Below, piece by piece: positions 18,263 through 29,321 of a stretch of DNA of 64,000 nt. Numbering within the stretch: the first letter of the stretch is position 1; each line of letters begins with the position of its first letter. Both the position numbers and the translations under genes were made by a program. Source of the stretch: an uncultured Ruminococcus sp. (GTDB lineage Bacteria > Bacillota > Clostridia > Oscillospirales > Ruminococcaceae); the NCBI GenBank assembly GCA_947627445.1, contig CANQWA010000008.1, forward strand, positions 3,530 through 67,529. The letters run 5' to 3'. The notes beneath the pieces were generated by a model that saw only the letters and a program-made list of their open reading frames with translations, was not told the DNA's origin and did no database searches.

Positions 18263-18471
18263 ATATGTTAAGACCGTCTGTGAATCAGTTGATTACCAAA
18301 AATGAAAGCAGTTACTCCCTGGTGATCGGTGTGGCAAAGCGTGCCCGGGGCATTGCGGATGAGCTGGTTGCCGAGCAAAAAATTCTGGAAGAAAAGCCGG
18401 TGAAGACTGCAATCCGTGAGCTGGCAGCCGGCAAGTACCGGATCATTGAGCGAAACGACAGCAGCCGATAA
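18259..18471 (+). CDS. rpoZ: RNA polymerase omega subunit
   Basis: MLRPS...SxYSLVIGVAKRAR...KPVKTAIRE; follows gmk. Confidence 0.9.
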   Translation: MNMLRPSVNQLITKNESSYSLVIGVAKRARGIADELVAEQKILEEKPVKTAIRELAAGKYRIIERNDSSR

Positions 18472-20926
18472 ATGATGGAAACAGTTGCAGCTCTGCCTCG
18501 GATTTGGTGTGTGGGTGTTGCCGTGAATGCGGCTTCCTACTCCTTTGACCGGCTGTTTTCCTATGTTTCCACCAAGGAGATTCTGCCGGGCTGCCGTGTG
18601 GTGGTTCCCTTTGGAAAGGGCAATGCCAAACGAGTGGGCATTGTACTGTGAAAAACAGCAGCATCAGCCCCGGCAGCAGTTGAAATCCGTCTATGCGGTG
18701 ATCGACAATCAGCCGGTGCTTTCGGCGGAAATGCTGGATATGGTGTTCTGGCTCAAGGAGATGACCTTCTGTACCTATTATGATGCCGTGCGGACGATCC
18801 TGCCGGCAGGGATGCAGGTACAGCTGGTGGAAACGGTGACAGTTGCGGAAGCGCCGCCGGATATTCCTCTCACAGAGACGGAAGAGCGGCTCTGGTTTTT
18901 TCTGCGAAATGCCAGAACCAGACAAGAACGGGATAAGATTCTTTCTGGACTGGATGCCGGGGGAAAGCGTGCGGCACAGAGATTGACAGAAAAGGGCTTT
19001 CTCATCCGCCGGGAACAGGTGAAGGAGAAAAGTCACGGACAGTCCGGGTTGAAAATGCTCCGTCTGGCACCGGTACAGCCGGATTTCCTGCGGCTCACCA
19101 AGACACAGCAAAAGCTGGTGAATCTGTTGAAAGAGACTGGTGCGCTTTCGGAAAAAGAGGCGTGCTATCTCAGTGGTGTTTCTCCGTCTGTGGCAAAAAA
19201 GGTGGTGAAAGCCGGTGCGGCAGAATCCTATACCATCAAGCCTGAGCTGACAAACGATACAGATGTACCGCCGTGCGGCAGCCCGGAGGAAATCACATTG
19301 TCTCCGGAGCAAGCGGATGTTACCGACAGGATGATAGCGGCTCTGGATGAAGGGATGCATGTGTATCTGCTCCATGGCGTCACAGGAAGCGGTAAGACCA
19401 ATGTGTTCATCCGTTTGATTGATGCTGTGGTAAAGCGTGACATGCAGGTGATTCTGTTGGTGCCGGAAATTGCCCTGACCCCCCAGATCGTGGGAAAATT
19501 CTGCAGTCTATTCGGGAATATTGTGGCAGTGGTACACAGTGAGCTTTCTCTGGGACAGAGAAGCGATACCTGGCGGCGGATCGCTGCCGGAGACGCCAAA
19601 ATTGTCATTGGCACACGAAGCGCCGTATTTGCACCGGTGCAGAAGCTGGGGCTGATCGTGGTGGACGAGGAAGGAGAGCGCACTTATAAATCCGATAGTG
19701 CTCCCCGGTATCATGCGGTTTCTGCGGCGAAAAAACGCTGTCAGACGCATCACTGTCCGCTGCTGTTGGCGTCGGCAACGCCTTCTATAGAGAGTTATTA
19801 TTATGCCAGACGGCATGTCTACACGTTGCTGGAGATGAAGCAGCGGTATAACCAGTCGCCGCTTCCTCATGTGGAAGTGGTGGATATGCAGGAGGAACGT
19901 GCCCAGGGAAACGACGGCATGTTCTCCCGGGCTTTAGCAGAGGCACTTCGAGACAATCTCCGTGCCGGAAAGCAGTCGTTACTGCTGCTGAACCGCCGGG
20001 GCTATCATACCATTATCAGCTGTGCTTCCTGCAATCAGCCGGTATATTGCCCCAATTGCAGCGTGCCAATGACCTATCACAAAGTCAATGACAGTTTGCT
20101 ATGTCATTACTGCGGATATACCCAGGAACAGGTGACAGTTTGTCCTGCCTGCGGCGGGCATCATCTGCGGCGCATGGGCTTTGGGACTCAGCGGCTGGAG
20201 GAAGAACTGCATCAGATTGTGCCGAATGCACGTATTCTGCGCATGGATGCGGACACCACCATGTCCCGGTATGCCTATGAGGAACGCTTTTCTGCCTTCC
20301 GAAAGGGCGAGTATGACATAATGGCAGGCACGCAGATGATCGGCAAGGGGCTGGATTTCCCCCGTGTAACCCTGGTGGGGGTGCTGTCTGTGGACAAGGC
20401 GCTGTATGCCGGAGATTTCCGCAGCTATGAGCGTACCTTTTCTCTGGTGACCCAAGTGGTGGGCAGGAGCGGCAGAGGCGAACTCCCGGGGCGTGCGATT
20501 CTGCAGACCAGTATGCCGGATCATTATGTGCTGCGGCTTGCGGCACAGCAGGCATATCCGGCGTTTTATGAACAGGAGATCGCACTGCGCCGTCAGCTGA
20601 TCTTTCCGCCGGTGTGCGATATTTGTGTGATCGGTTTTTCCGGTGTGAAAGAGCAGGAGGTACAGGCGGCAGCCAGGGTGACAGTGGATATTCTGCAACA
20701 GCAGCTTTTGGAAAAAGCGTTTTCTTATCCCATCTGGGTACTGAAACCTGTGCCTTGCAGCTATGGCAGGATCAACGGAAAATACCGCTATCAGCTGGTG
20801 ATCAAATGTAAGAACACCCAACCCTACCGCGAGCTGATCCGGACGGTGTTATGGGAAGCCGGCGGACAAAAGGAATGTGCCAGAGTTCAGCTTTATGCGG
20901 ATATGAACGGGGATATTGGAATATAA
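18472..20926 (+). CDS. priA: Primosomal protein N' (PriA); as sequenced it is split by a +1 frameshift near 18645-18651
   Basis: Frame from ATG 18472 encodes the PriA N-terminal domain (FDRLFSY...PGCRVVVPFGKGN..RVGIVL) and stops at TGA 18649-18651. The +1 frame continues with LKSV..VID..P, GVTGSGKT, DEEGE, two Zn-knuckle CxxC pairs and GTQMIGKGLDFP. Confidence 0.9.
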
Positions 20927-20979
20927 TATAGATGACCCTTTCGGGGGAATCAGAAACAACAAGGAACGAGGAAGAAGCT

Positions 20980-21450
20980 ATGGCAATACGAAGAATTATC
21001 CAAGAAGGGGATCCGATCCTGCGGATGCGATGCCGTGCTGTGACGGAATTCGACGAACGGCTGCATCTGCTGCTGGACGATATGCACGAAACATTGGATC
21101 AGGCGCAGGGCGTTGGTCTGGCAGGACCTCAGGTGGGCTATTGCCGCCGGCTTTTTATCATGCATCTGGGGGATGTGCGCATTGAGGCGATCAACCCGGA
21201 GATTGTGAAGAAAAGCGGCAAACAGCGAGTGCTGGAGGGCTGCCTTTCCGTGCCGGATAAGTGGGGTTATGTGACACGCCCGGCAAAGTGCAGGCTGCGT
21301 GCCCAGAACCGCCATGGAGAATGGTTTGAATTGACTCTGACAGCACTGGGGGCACAGTGCGCCTGTCACGAAAATGCGCATCTGGACGGCGAGCTGTTTG
21401 TGGACATCGTGGAAGAATTTGTTGACCCGGAGGAGCAGAAAGAAGCATGA
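20980..21450 (+). CDS. def: Peptide deformylase
   Basis: GVGLAGPQVG, EGCLS, HENAH (HExxH). Confidence 0.95.
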   Translation: MAIRRIIQEGDPILRMRCRAVTEFDERLHLLLDDMHETLDQAQGVGLAGPQVGYCRRLFIMHLGDVRIEAINPEIVKKSGKQRVLEGCLSVPDKWGYVTRPAKCRLRAQNRHGEWFELTLTALGAQCACHENAHLDGELFVDIVEEFVDPEEQKEA

Positions 21451-22370
21451 GGATCGTTTATATGGGAACGCCGGATATTGCCGTACCTTGTCTGCGCTTG
21501 CTGGCGGATGGAAAGCATGAAGTCGTGGGCGTATTCACACAGCCTGACCGCCCCAAGGGGCGTGGGCATCATACCATTCCCACACCGGTAAAAGCTGCGG
21601 CGGCGGCATATGGGTTTCCGGTATATCAGCCTCTCTCTTTGCGAAGGGGCGAGGAGGCACAGGCTGCCATAGAGACGCTGCGCCAGTTTGCACCGGATCT
21701 GATCGTGGTCATGGCATACGGGCAGATTCTGCCCAAGGAAGTGCTGGAACTGCCGAAGCATGGCTGCATCAATCTGCATGCTTCTCTGCTGCCGGCATAT
21801 CGTGGGGCAGCACCCATTCAGTGGGCGATCTTAAACGGCGAAACCAAAACTGGTGTGACCGCCATGCAGATGGCAGAGGGTCTGGATACCGGGGACATGC
21901 TGCTCAAAAAGGAAATTTCTATCGGTGAAGAGGAAACTGCTGCAGAACTTCACGACCGTCTGGCAGCGCTTTCCGCAGAAGTGCTGGCAGAAACGCTGAC
22001 GGCACTGGAGCAGGGAACGCTCCGGGCAGAGCCGCAGAACGATGCGCTTTCCAGCTATGCCAGCCGAATCACCAAGGAAATGTCCGCACTGGATTTCACC
22101 AGACCGGCGGCAGAGCTGCATGATCGAATCCGTGCGATTACGGGATTTACCATACTGGAGGGCAAGCGGCTGAAGGTCTATGCTTCCCGTGTGACAGAGC
22201 CGGTTTCCGGTACACCGGGAACCATTGTCGACGAAAAAGCCTTTGTGGTGGCTTGCGGCGACGGCAAAGGTCTCAGATTGACGGAGATTCAGCCCGAGGG
22301 CAAACGGCGTATGACAGCGGAGGAATTTCTTCGCGGAAAAACACTGTGCAAAGGCGAAACATTGGGATAA
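21447..22370 (+). CDS. fmt: Methionyl-tRNA formyltransferase
   Basis: MGTPDIA, TQPDRPKGRG, INLHASLLP.YRGAAPIQ, GLDTGD. Confidence 0.97.
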   Translation: MRIVYMGTPDIAVPCLRLLADGKHEVVGVFTQPDRPKGRGHHTIPTPVKAAAAAYGFPVYQPLSLRRGEEAQAAIETLRQFAPDLIVVMAYGQILPKEVLELPKHGCINLHASLLPAYRGAAPIQWAILNGETKTGVTAMQMAEGLDTGDMLLKKEISIGEEETAAELHDRLAALSAEVLAETLTALEQGTLRAEPQNDALSSYASRITKEMSALDFTRPAAELHDRIRAITGFTILEGKRLKVYASRVTEPVSGTPGTIVDEKAFVVACGDGKGLRLTEIQPEGKRRMTAEEFLRGKTLCKGETLG

Positions 22371-22401
22371 CATCCAACACTAACCCAAAAAGGAGGAGCT
22401 T

Positions 22402-23088
22402 ATGCTTTACGGATATGGTCTTTTGATCCTTGGTCTGGTGATCAGTCTTGCGGCTTCATGGCATGTGAAAGCGACATTCCGGCGGTATTCTAAGGAGAAG
22501 AACGTCCGAGGATTGACCGGCGCACAGACGGCACGAATGATTCTGGATGGACACGGTCTGTATCATGTCGGCGTGGAACGGATCTCCGGTAAGCTGACAG
22601 ACCACTTTGATCCCGCTGCCAATGTGGTGCGGCTGTCAAACAGCACCTATGACTCTGACTCAGTGGCGGCAGTGGGCGTTGCTGCCCACGAATGCGGTCA
22701 TGCGGTGCAGTATGCCGAGGAATACGGTCCCATGTCCACCCGCACCGCCGTACTCCGAGTCTCTCAGATCGGCTCACAGTTCTGGTATCTGATCTTTGTG
22801 GTGGGCATTTTTCTGGGCAGCAGCCTTCTGGGAGAAACTTTGCAGATCATCGGAATTGTGCTGTTCTCCCTGATTGTCCTGTTTCAGCTGGTCACTCTGC
22901 CGGTGGAATTCAATGCCAGCAGCCGAGCCATGGAGACCATGGAATCCAGATATATCCTCAGTGACGATGAGTTGGGAAAAGCTCGGAAGGTGCTGACTGC
23001 GGCAGCTCTGACATATGTGGCGGCTTTGGTGACCGCTCTGCTGCAATTGCTGCGGCTGATCCGGATTGCCAGAGGCGGACGGAGATGA
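22402..23088 (+). CDS. Membrane zinc metallopeptidase (YugP/Zn_peptidase_2 family)
   Basis: LTDHFDP, AAHECGHAVQ (HExxH), TLPVEFNASSRA, AAALTYVA. Confidence 0.9.
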   Translation: MLYGYGLLILGLVISLAASWHVKATFRRYSKEKNVRGLTGAQTARMILDGHGLYHVGVERISGKLTDHFDPAANVVRLSNSTYDSDSVAAVGVAAHECGHAVQYAEEYGPMSTRTAVLRVSQIGSQFWYLIFVVGIFLGSSLLGETLQIIGIVLFSLIVLFQLVTLPVEFNASSRAMETMESRYILSDDELGKARKVLTAAALTYVAALVTALLQLLRLIRIARGGRR

Positions 23089-24389
23089 GTGTACGCAAAA
23101 CCGTTGTGCAGCTATTGAACCGTACCGAGCAGGAGAAAAGCTATTCCAATCTGTTGCTGGATGCGGTGCTGTCCGGTTCTTCTTTGTCGCAGCGGGACAA
23201 AGGACTTTGCACGGCGCTGTACTACGGCGTGACAGAACGGCGGATCACGCTGGATGCGGTGATTGCCCGATACAGCAGCCAGCCCCTGAAAAAGCTGGAT
23301 CAAACCGTGCGGAATATCCTGCGGCTGGGGGTATATCAGCTCTTATATTGCAGCAGCATCCCCCAGCGTGCAGCCGTGAACGAAAGCGTCAATCTCACCC
23401 GCTCGATGAAAAAAGCCAGTGCTTCCGGGTTTGTCAACGGTGTGCTGCGCAGCTTTATCCGGGACGAGTGCCGGATTCCCTATCCGGCAGACAAGCTGGA
23501 AGCCATGGCAGTAGAATATGCCGTTCCCATGTGGCTGCTCAGACGGCTTCTGACCGCCTACGGAGAGGAAACCACCGCAGCATTTTTGCAAGATGCCCTA
23601 AAGCCGGCGCCGCGTTTTATCCGCCGTAACCCGATGGCGTGTTCTTCAGAGGAACTGGAAGCCGCTATGGGAGACAAGATCGAAAAGCTGGCATTTCCGG
23701 CAAATGCATACCGGCTGCACGCCGGTGAGATCCGCCGGCTGGAGACGTTCCGGAAGGGCTGGTTTTATGTGCAGGATATTTCCTCGCAGCTCTGCGGTGA
23801 AATTCTGGATGCACAGCCGGGAGAGACCGTACTGGACTTATGCGCAGCACCCGGGGGAAAAACCTGTACCATCGGACTTTCTATGGCAGGAAAGGGAACC
23901 GTACATGCCTTTGATCTGGCAGAGCATCGGGTAAGGCTTATTGCCGACAATGTGCAGCGGTTGGGGCTGACCAATGTGACAGCAAATCCGGGCGATGCCA
24001 CTGTGTTCCGGGAGGAATTTGCCGGGGCAGACCGGGTGCTTTGCGATGTGCCTTGCTCTGGCATCGGTGTGCTGCGCCGAAAGCCGGAGATCAAGGAGAA
24101 ATCCCCGGAGGAACTGAAAGACCTACCGGCGCTCCAGCTGAAAATTCTGGAAAATGGTGCACGGTATGTAAAGCCCGGCGGTATCCTGCAGTATTCCACC
24201 TGCACCATACTGCCGGAGGAAAATCAGCAGGTGGCAGAGCGTTTTCTGAAAGCTCATCCAGCGTTTTCCCCTGAACCTCTGATGCCCCGATGGGGAGGCG
24301 TCTTTGCAGAATCTATGCTGACCATGCTGCCGGAGCAGTTCGGCGGCGATGGTTTCTTTGTGGCGAAATTCAAACGTCATCATGGATGA
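23085..24389 (+). CDS. rsmB: 16S rRNA m5C967 methyltransferase
   Basis: NusB-like N-domain, DLCAAPGGKT, DVPCSG.G, YSTCT. Confidence 0.95.
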   Translation: MSVRKTVVQLLNRTEQEKSYSNLLLDAVLSGSSLSQRDKGLCTALYYGVTERRITLDAVIARYSSQPLKKLDQTVRNILRLGVYQLLYCSSIPQRAAVNESVNLTRSMKKASASGFVNGVLRSFIRDECRIPYPADKLEAMAVEYAVPMWLLRRLLTAYGEETTAAFLQDALKPAPRFIRRNPMACSSEELEAAMGDKIEKLAFPANAYRLHAGEIRRLETFRKGWFYVQDISSQLCGEILDAQPGETVLDLCAAPGGKTCTIGLSMAGKGTVHAFDLAEHRVRLIADNVQRLGLTNVTANPGDATVFREEFAGADRVLCDVPCSGIGVLRRKPEIKEKSPEELKDLPALQLKILENGARYVKPGGILQYSTCTILPEENQQVAERFLKAHPAFSPEPLMPRWGGVFAESMLTMLPEQFGGDGFFVAKFKRHHG

Positions 24390-24411
24390 GATGGAAAGGA
24401 GGAGCGAAACC

Positions 24412-25524
24412 ATGGAAAAAACGGACATTTTATCCCTGTCTCTGGAAGAACTGACCGAAAAAATGGTTGAAATGGGTGAGCCGAAATTCCGGGGAAAAGA
24501 GCTCTTTTCATGGCTGCATCAGAAGCAAGTGACCGATTTTTCTCAAATGACCTCGCTTTCTCTCCAACTACGCCGTAAGCTGGACGAAATTTTTTGTATA
24601 AATAGACTAAAAATCGCCAGAAAGCTTGCATCTTCTATGGATGATACGGTAAAATATCTATATGAGCTTCCCGACAGCAATTTTGTGGAGACGGTTCTAA
24701 TGGCGTATCACCACGGCAACAGTCTGTGTATTTCCACTCAGGTGGGCTGCCGGATGGGCTGTCAGTTCTGTGCTTCTGCCATCGCCGGATTTGTCCGGCA
24801 TTTGACCCCGGCAGAAATGCTGCTTCAGATCTATGAGACGCAGCGGGATACCGGACGGCGGATTGACAATCTGGTACTCATGGGCATCGGAGAGCCGCTG
24901 GATAATTTCGACCATGTGCTGAAATTCTTCCGGCTGCTGTCCCATGCCAGCGGATACGGGTTGAGTCTGCGTCATGTGACGGTTTCTACCTGCGGTTTGG
25001 TTCCGCAAATTCGTCAGCTGGCAGATCTGCGGCTGGGAGTGACTCTTTCGGTTTCTCTCCACAGCCCGGATAACCATCGGCGCAGCGAGATCATGCCCGT
25101 CAACCGGAAATATCCCATAGAAGAACTGCTGGATGCCTGCCGGTACTATTTTTCCATGACCGGCAGACGGGTGACCATGGAATACGCCGTGATGGAAGGT
25201 GTCAATTGCAGCAAAGAGGCTGCAAAACAGCTTGCCAAGCGGCTCAAAGGGATGCAGTGTCATGTGAACCTGATCCCGGTCAATCCTGTGGCAGAGCGGC
25301 AGTTCCGGGCTATGCGGAAAACCGCCGAGCAGTTTCAGGCGAAACTGACCAGTCTGGGCATCCACTCTACCATACGCCGGACACTGGGCAGTGATATACA
25401 AGCGGCATGCGGTCAGCTGAGACGGGATGCAAACCGTCAGCGGGACTGTGCATGTCAAAACTTGTTCTCAGAATCTTTCCACATAGAAGTCGTGGAAAAT
25501 CCTCATGGAGGTGACGGAAATTGA
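24412..25524 (+). CDS. rlmN: 23S rRNA m2A2503/tRNA methyltransferase (radical SAM) with C-terminal extension
   Basis: CISTQVGCRMGCQFC, MGIGEP, SLH, DIQAACGQL. Start set to ATG 24412 after a GGAGG RBS. Confidence 0.95.
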   Translation: MEKTDILSLSLEELTEKMVEMGEPKFRGKELFSWLHQKQVTDFSQMTSLSLQLRRKLDEIFCINRLKIARKLASSMDDTVKYLYELPDSNFVETVLMAYHHGNSLCISTQVGCRMGCQFCASAIAGFVRHLTPAEMLLQIYETQRDTGRRIDNLVLMGIGEPLDNFDHVLKFFRLLSHASGYGLSLRHVTVSTCGLVPQIRQLADLRLGVTLSVSLHSPDNHRRSEIMPVNRKYPIEELLDACRYYFSMTGRRVTMEYAVMEGVNCSKEAAKQLAKRLKGMQCHVNLIPVNPVAERQFRAMRKTAEQFQAKLTSLGIHSTIRRTLGSDIQAACGQLRRDANRQRDCACQNLFSESFHIEVVENPHGGDGN

Positions 25525-26273
25525 CAGGTACATCGCAAACGCATATTGGCTATGTACGAAAGGAAAATCAGGATCGTGCCGAGATACGGCAGTTCGGAGA
25601 AAACTATTTGGCACTGGTCTGTGACGGTATGGGCGGTGAACGCTCTGGCAGCAAGGCCAGTTCTATGGCGGCAGAAATTTTCTTTGAGCATTTTACCGAG
25701 CAGTACACAGAGGGAATGGATGCCATGGACATCCGGGCGCTGATGCTCTCCGCTGTTTCGGCGGCAAATTCTGTGGTCTATACCACGGCACAGATGGACT
25801 ATCAGAACCATGGCATGGGAACGACCTGTGCGGCAGCATTTGTGGGTGACACGTATATTGACATTGTGAATGTGGGCGACAGCCGTGTCTATCTGCTGAC
25901 AGAGGGCGTTATGGAGCAGATCACGGTGGATCATACCGTGGTGGAGATGCTGATAGAACAGGGCGAAATTTCAGAATCTCAGAGAACGACCCATCCCCAG
26001 CGGCACATGCTGCTCAAGGCGGTGGGCGTTGAAAAAACGGTGGCACCGGATTTTTTCCGTGTCGATAAAACACAGCAGCAGAACTTTCAGCTATTGCTCT
26101 GCTCCGACGGGCTTTCCGGCTATTGCACCGATAAAGAGATACAGGCTGTGCTGGATGCAGAAGGGACGGCAGAGGAGACAGCAGAAAAACTGATTGAGCT
26201 TGCGCTTTCAAAAGGCGGCAGGGACAATGTTTCCGTTGTCGTTGTAAGAGAAAAAGAAGGAGGAACTGAATGA
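25521..26273 (+). CDS. prpC: PP2C-type Ser/Thr protein phosphatase
   Basis: G.VRKENQD, VCDGMGG, GMGTT, NVGDSR.Y, LLCSDGL, GGRDNVSV. Confidence 0.93.
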   Translation: MTGTSQTHIGYVRKENQDRAEIRQFGENYLALVCDGMGGERSGSKASSMAAEIFFEHFTEQYTEGMDAMDIRALMLSAVSAANSVVYTTAQMDYQNHGMGTTCAAAFVGDTYIDIVNVGDSRVYLLTEGVMEQITVDHTVVEMLIEQGEISESQRTTHPQRHMLLKAVGVEKTVAPDFFRVDKTQQQNFQLLLCSDGLSGYCTDKEIQAVLDAEGTAEETAEKLIELALSKGGRDNVSVVVVREKEGGTE

Positions 26274-28423
26274 TGGAGGACAAGTATATTGGCAAGCGTT
26301 TGGACGGGCGCTATGAATTGACCGCCTTGGTGGGGGCAGGCGGCATGGCAAATGTTTACAGTGCCACAGATGTGCTGGACGGCAATAAGAGAGTTGCCGT
26401 CAAGGTTCTGAAGCCGGAGTATTCTGAAAACGAAGAATTTCTGCACCGCTTCCGCAATGAGTCCAAGGCGATTGCCGTACTGTCACACCCGAATATTGTC
26501 AAGATCTTTGACATGGGCTTTTCAGACAAAATCCAGTATATCGTCATGGAATATATCGACGGCATTACCTTGAAAGATTATATCGACAGCGAGCGTGTGC
26601 TGAACTGGAAGGATGCGGTGCATTTTGTGGTGCAGATTCTCCGTGCTTTGCAGCATGCGCACAACAGAGGCATTGTACATCGGGACATCAAGCCGCAGAA
26701 TATTATGCTGCTCACAGACGGCACCATTAAGGTCATGGATTTCGGTATTGCCAAATTTGCCCGGGAAGAAAGCCGTACTGCGACGGCTCAGGCAATCGGC
26801 ACCGTACATTATATCAGTCCGGAACAGGCACGGGGCGACGAAACCGACGCCAGAAGCGATATTTATTCTGTCGGCGTCATGTTCTACGAGATGCTCACCG
26901 GTCAGAAGCCCTTTGATACGGACAACCTGGTTTCCATTGCCGTGATGCATATGCAGAATGTGCCTCAGCGTCCCCGGGATATCAACCCGAATATCCCCTC
27001 GGGTCTGGAAGAAATCATCATGCATGCCATGGAGAAGGATTCCAAGAAGCGGTATCAGAATGCCAATGACATGATCCGTGATATTGAAGCCTTTAAGGCA
27101 GATAATCGGATTATTTTCGGTTACTTCAACGCACCGGATGACAATGCCGGCACACAGTATTTCACACCGCCCCAGGATGTGCACAGACAGCAGCGGCAGC
27201 AGCAGATGCAGAACGGGTATGACAGTGAATACGATCAGAACGGCTATACCATGGTGGATGAGAGCGAGCCGGAGCGGCAAAAATCTCTGGCTGTGCCGAT
27301 TCTGACCGCCGTGACCATTGTGGTGGTGATTGTGGCTGCCATTGTCATTTGTATGATCTTGGGACAGAACACGGGCAGGGATGGCGGCACGACCGTAGAA
27401 GTGCCTGACGTGATCGGCATGGACTATGACGAGGCAGTGGTGAATTATCCCAATGTCGTTTTCGATGTGGCAGAACAGGAATATACCGACAAATATGAAG
27501 CCAATATCATCTATAAGCAGAGTGTGGACGGCGGTCAGTTTGTCAAGAAGGACAGTGACGGAAAGATTCAGCTTGCCATTGCCGTCAGCCGGGGTATCCA
27601 GAAGGTAGACGTTCCGGATCTGAACAACTATGAAGCAGCTGAGGCAAAGGAAGTGCTTCAGGATCTGGGACTCACTGTTGTGGAGAAAAAAACCCAGAGT
27701 ACCGTGGAAGAGGATATCGAAGCCGGACGTGTCATCCGAACCGATCCGAAAGCCGGTGAAAAGATCGTTGTCGGCGCAGAAATCACCATTTATGTGAGTC
27801 AGGGCGTTGCCGTGGACGAGGTGGATATCATCGAATTTGTCGGCATGGATATCGACCGGGCGAAGGAAGAATGTGAAAAGCGTCATCTGGAAGTAGAGAC
27901 CGAGGAAAAGCCTTCTGATGAAGAGAAAGGCACTGTCATTGAGCAAGATCCCGAGCCGGGTACTACCGTAGAAGCCGGTTCTACCGTAAAGCTGACCGTC
28001 AGCAGCGGTGAAGAACCGGAGGGCGAGATCACCTATGGCATTGTCAACCTGCCGAAGAGTACGATGAGCGGCATGTACACGCTGAACTTTACCGGAGAAG
28101 AGGGCGTCATTGCCAGCCGGCAGTTTGTGGCAGAGACATTGGATGACAATTCCGTCAGCGTGAAGGTGACCGGCAAGGGCAAACAAACGGTCAAGGTTTC
28201 CATTACCAGTGCCCAGAGCGGTCAGACGGCTGTGGTAGGCACCTATGTCTTTGACTTTGCCAACGGCAACTTTACCGTGACAGATGAGGATATCAGTGCC
28301 GCACTGAATGCCATTGCAGTCGTGACAGCGCCTGTACCCACACAGGCGCCTACAGAAGCACCCACTGAAGCACCGGCGCAGCCGGCAACAGAAGCGCCTG
28401 CTGCACCTGCGGAGGACGAATAA
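26270..28423 (+). CDS. prkC: PASTA-domain Ser/Thr kinase
   Basis: GAGGMA.VY, HRDIKPQN, DFGIAK, GTVHYISPEQ, TM helix and three PASTA-like repeats. Confidence 0.95.
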   Translation: MMEDKYIGKRLDGRYELTALVGAGGMANVYSATDVLDGNKRVAVKVLKPEYSENEEFLHRFRNESKAIAVLSHPNIVKIFDMGFSDKIQYIVMEYIDGITLKDYIDSERVLNWKDAVHFVVQILRALQHAHNRGIVHRDIKPQNIMLLTDGTIKVMDFGIAKFAREESRTATAQAIGTVHYISPEQARGDETDARSDIYSVGVMFYEMLTGQKPFDTDNLVSIAVMHMQNVPQRPRDINPNIPSGLEEIIMHAMEKDSKKRYQNANDMIRDIEAFKADNRIIFGYFNAPDDNAGTQYFTPPQDVHRQQRQQQMQNGYDSEYDQNGYTMVDESEPERQKSLAVPILTAVTIVVVIVAAIVICMILGQNTGRDGGTTVEVPDVIGMDYDEAVVNYPNVVFDVAEQEYTDKYEANIIYKQSVDGGQFVKKDSDGKIQLAIAVSRGIQKVDVPDLNNYEAAEAKEVLQDLGLTVVEKKTQSTVEEDIEAGRVIRTDPKAGEKIVVGAEITIYVSQGVAVDEVDIIEFVGMDIDRAKEECEKRHLEVETEEKPSDEEKGTVIEQDPEPGTTVEAGSTVKLTVSSGEEPEGEITYGIVNLPKSTMSGMYTLNFTGEEGVIASRQFVAETLDDNSVSVKVTGKGKQTVKVSITSAQSGQTAVVGTYVFDFANGNFTVTDEDISAALNAIAVVTAPVPTQAPTEAPTEAPAQPATEAPAAPAEDE

Positions 28424-28424
28424 T

Positions 28425-29321
28425 ATGACAGAACGTCCTGTACCGATACCGGAATATGCACAGGGCAGAATCACGACGTCAACAGGAGGCCTCTATACCG
28501 TAGAGACCTCCTGCGGCGTATGTACCTGCAAAGCAAGAGGCATATTTCGCAAAAGGGGCATTTCGCCCTGTGTGGGGGATTATGTACGGCTGTCTCAGGA
28601 CGGTGTGATCTGTGAGATTCTGCCCCGGAAAAACAGCATTCTGCGTCCGCCGGCAGCCAATCTGGATCAATTGTTGTTTGTCGTTTCCTCTTGTCAGCCG
28701 TCTCCCAATCTGATGCTGCTGGATTCTTTTCTGGCGGTGGCATATTATCAAGAGATTCAGCCGGTCATTGTGGTGACAAAGCTGGATATGGATGATGCGG
28801 CAGACTTTTGCTTGATCTACGAAAGTGCCGGAATCCCTGTGCTGCGGGTGGATTATGAGAAGCCGGAGAGTATCCGTGCGGTGGCAGAGCAGTTGAAAGG
28901 GCGTGTCAGCATGATGACGGGCAATTCCGGTGTGGGCAAGTCTACGCTGCTCAATGCCATTGACCCATCTTTAGAACTGAAGGTCGGCGAGATCAGTGGA
29001 AAGCTGGGACGGGGCAGACATACCACCCGGCAGGTACAGCTGTATGCTTGTGCCGGCGGTTATCTGGCAGATACGCCGGGATTTTCCACCTTTGAGGCGG
29101 AGCAGTATGTGCAGATGGAGAAGGAGCAGATCGCCGGGTGTTTTCCGGAATTTGCGCCATATCTGGGAAAATGCCGGTTTTCGGACTGTGCGCATGTGTG
29201 TGAAAAGGGCTGCGCTGTGTTGGAGGCTGTGAAACGGGGAGATATTTCGCAGAGCCGGCATAACGCCTATACGGCATTGTATCAGACGGCAAAGCAGAGA
29301 AAGGCGTGGGAAAACGGATGA
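28425..29321 (+). CDS. rsgA: Ribosome small subunit-dependent GTPase
   Basis: TKLD, GNSGVGKST, GRHTT, DTPGF, CRFSDCAHVCEKGC Zn finger. Confidence 0.96.
   Translation: MTERPVPIPEYAQGRITTSTGGLYTVETSCGVCTCKARGIFRKRGISPCVGDYVRLSQDGVICEILPRKNSILRPPAANLDQLLFVVSSCQPSPNLMLLDSFLAVAYYQEIQPVIVVTKLDMDDAADFCLIYESAGIPVLRVDYEKPESIRAVAEQLKGRVSMMTGNSGVGKSTLLNAIDPSLELKVGEISGKLGRGRHTTRQVQLYACAGGYLADTPGFSTFEAEQYVQMEKEQIAGCFPEFAPYLGKCRFSDCAHVCEKGCAVLEAVKRGDISQSRHNAYTALYQTAKQRKAWENG

Noticed and set aside
18527-18650. ORF-track N-terminus of PriA (MRLPTPLTG...)
   Set aside because: Out-of-frame reading of the true N-terminal domain that starts at 18472.
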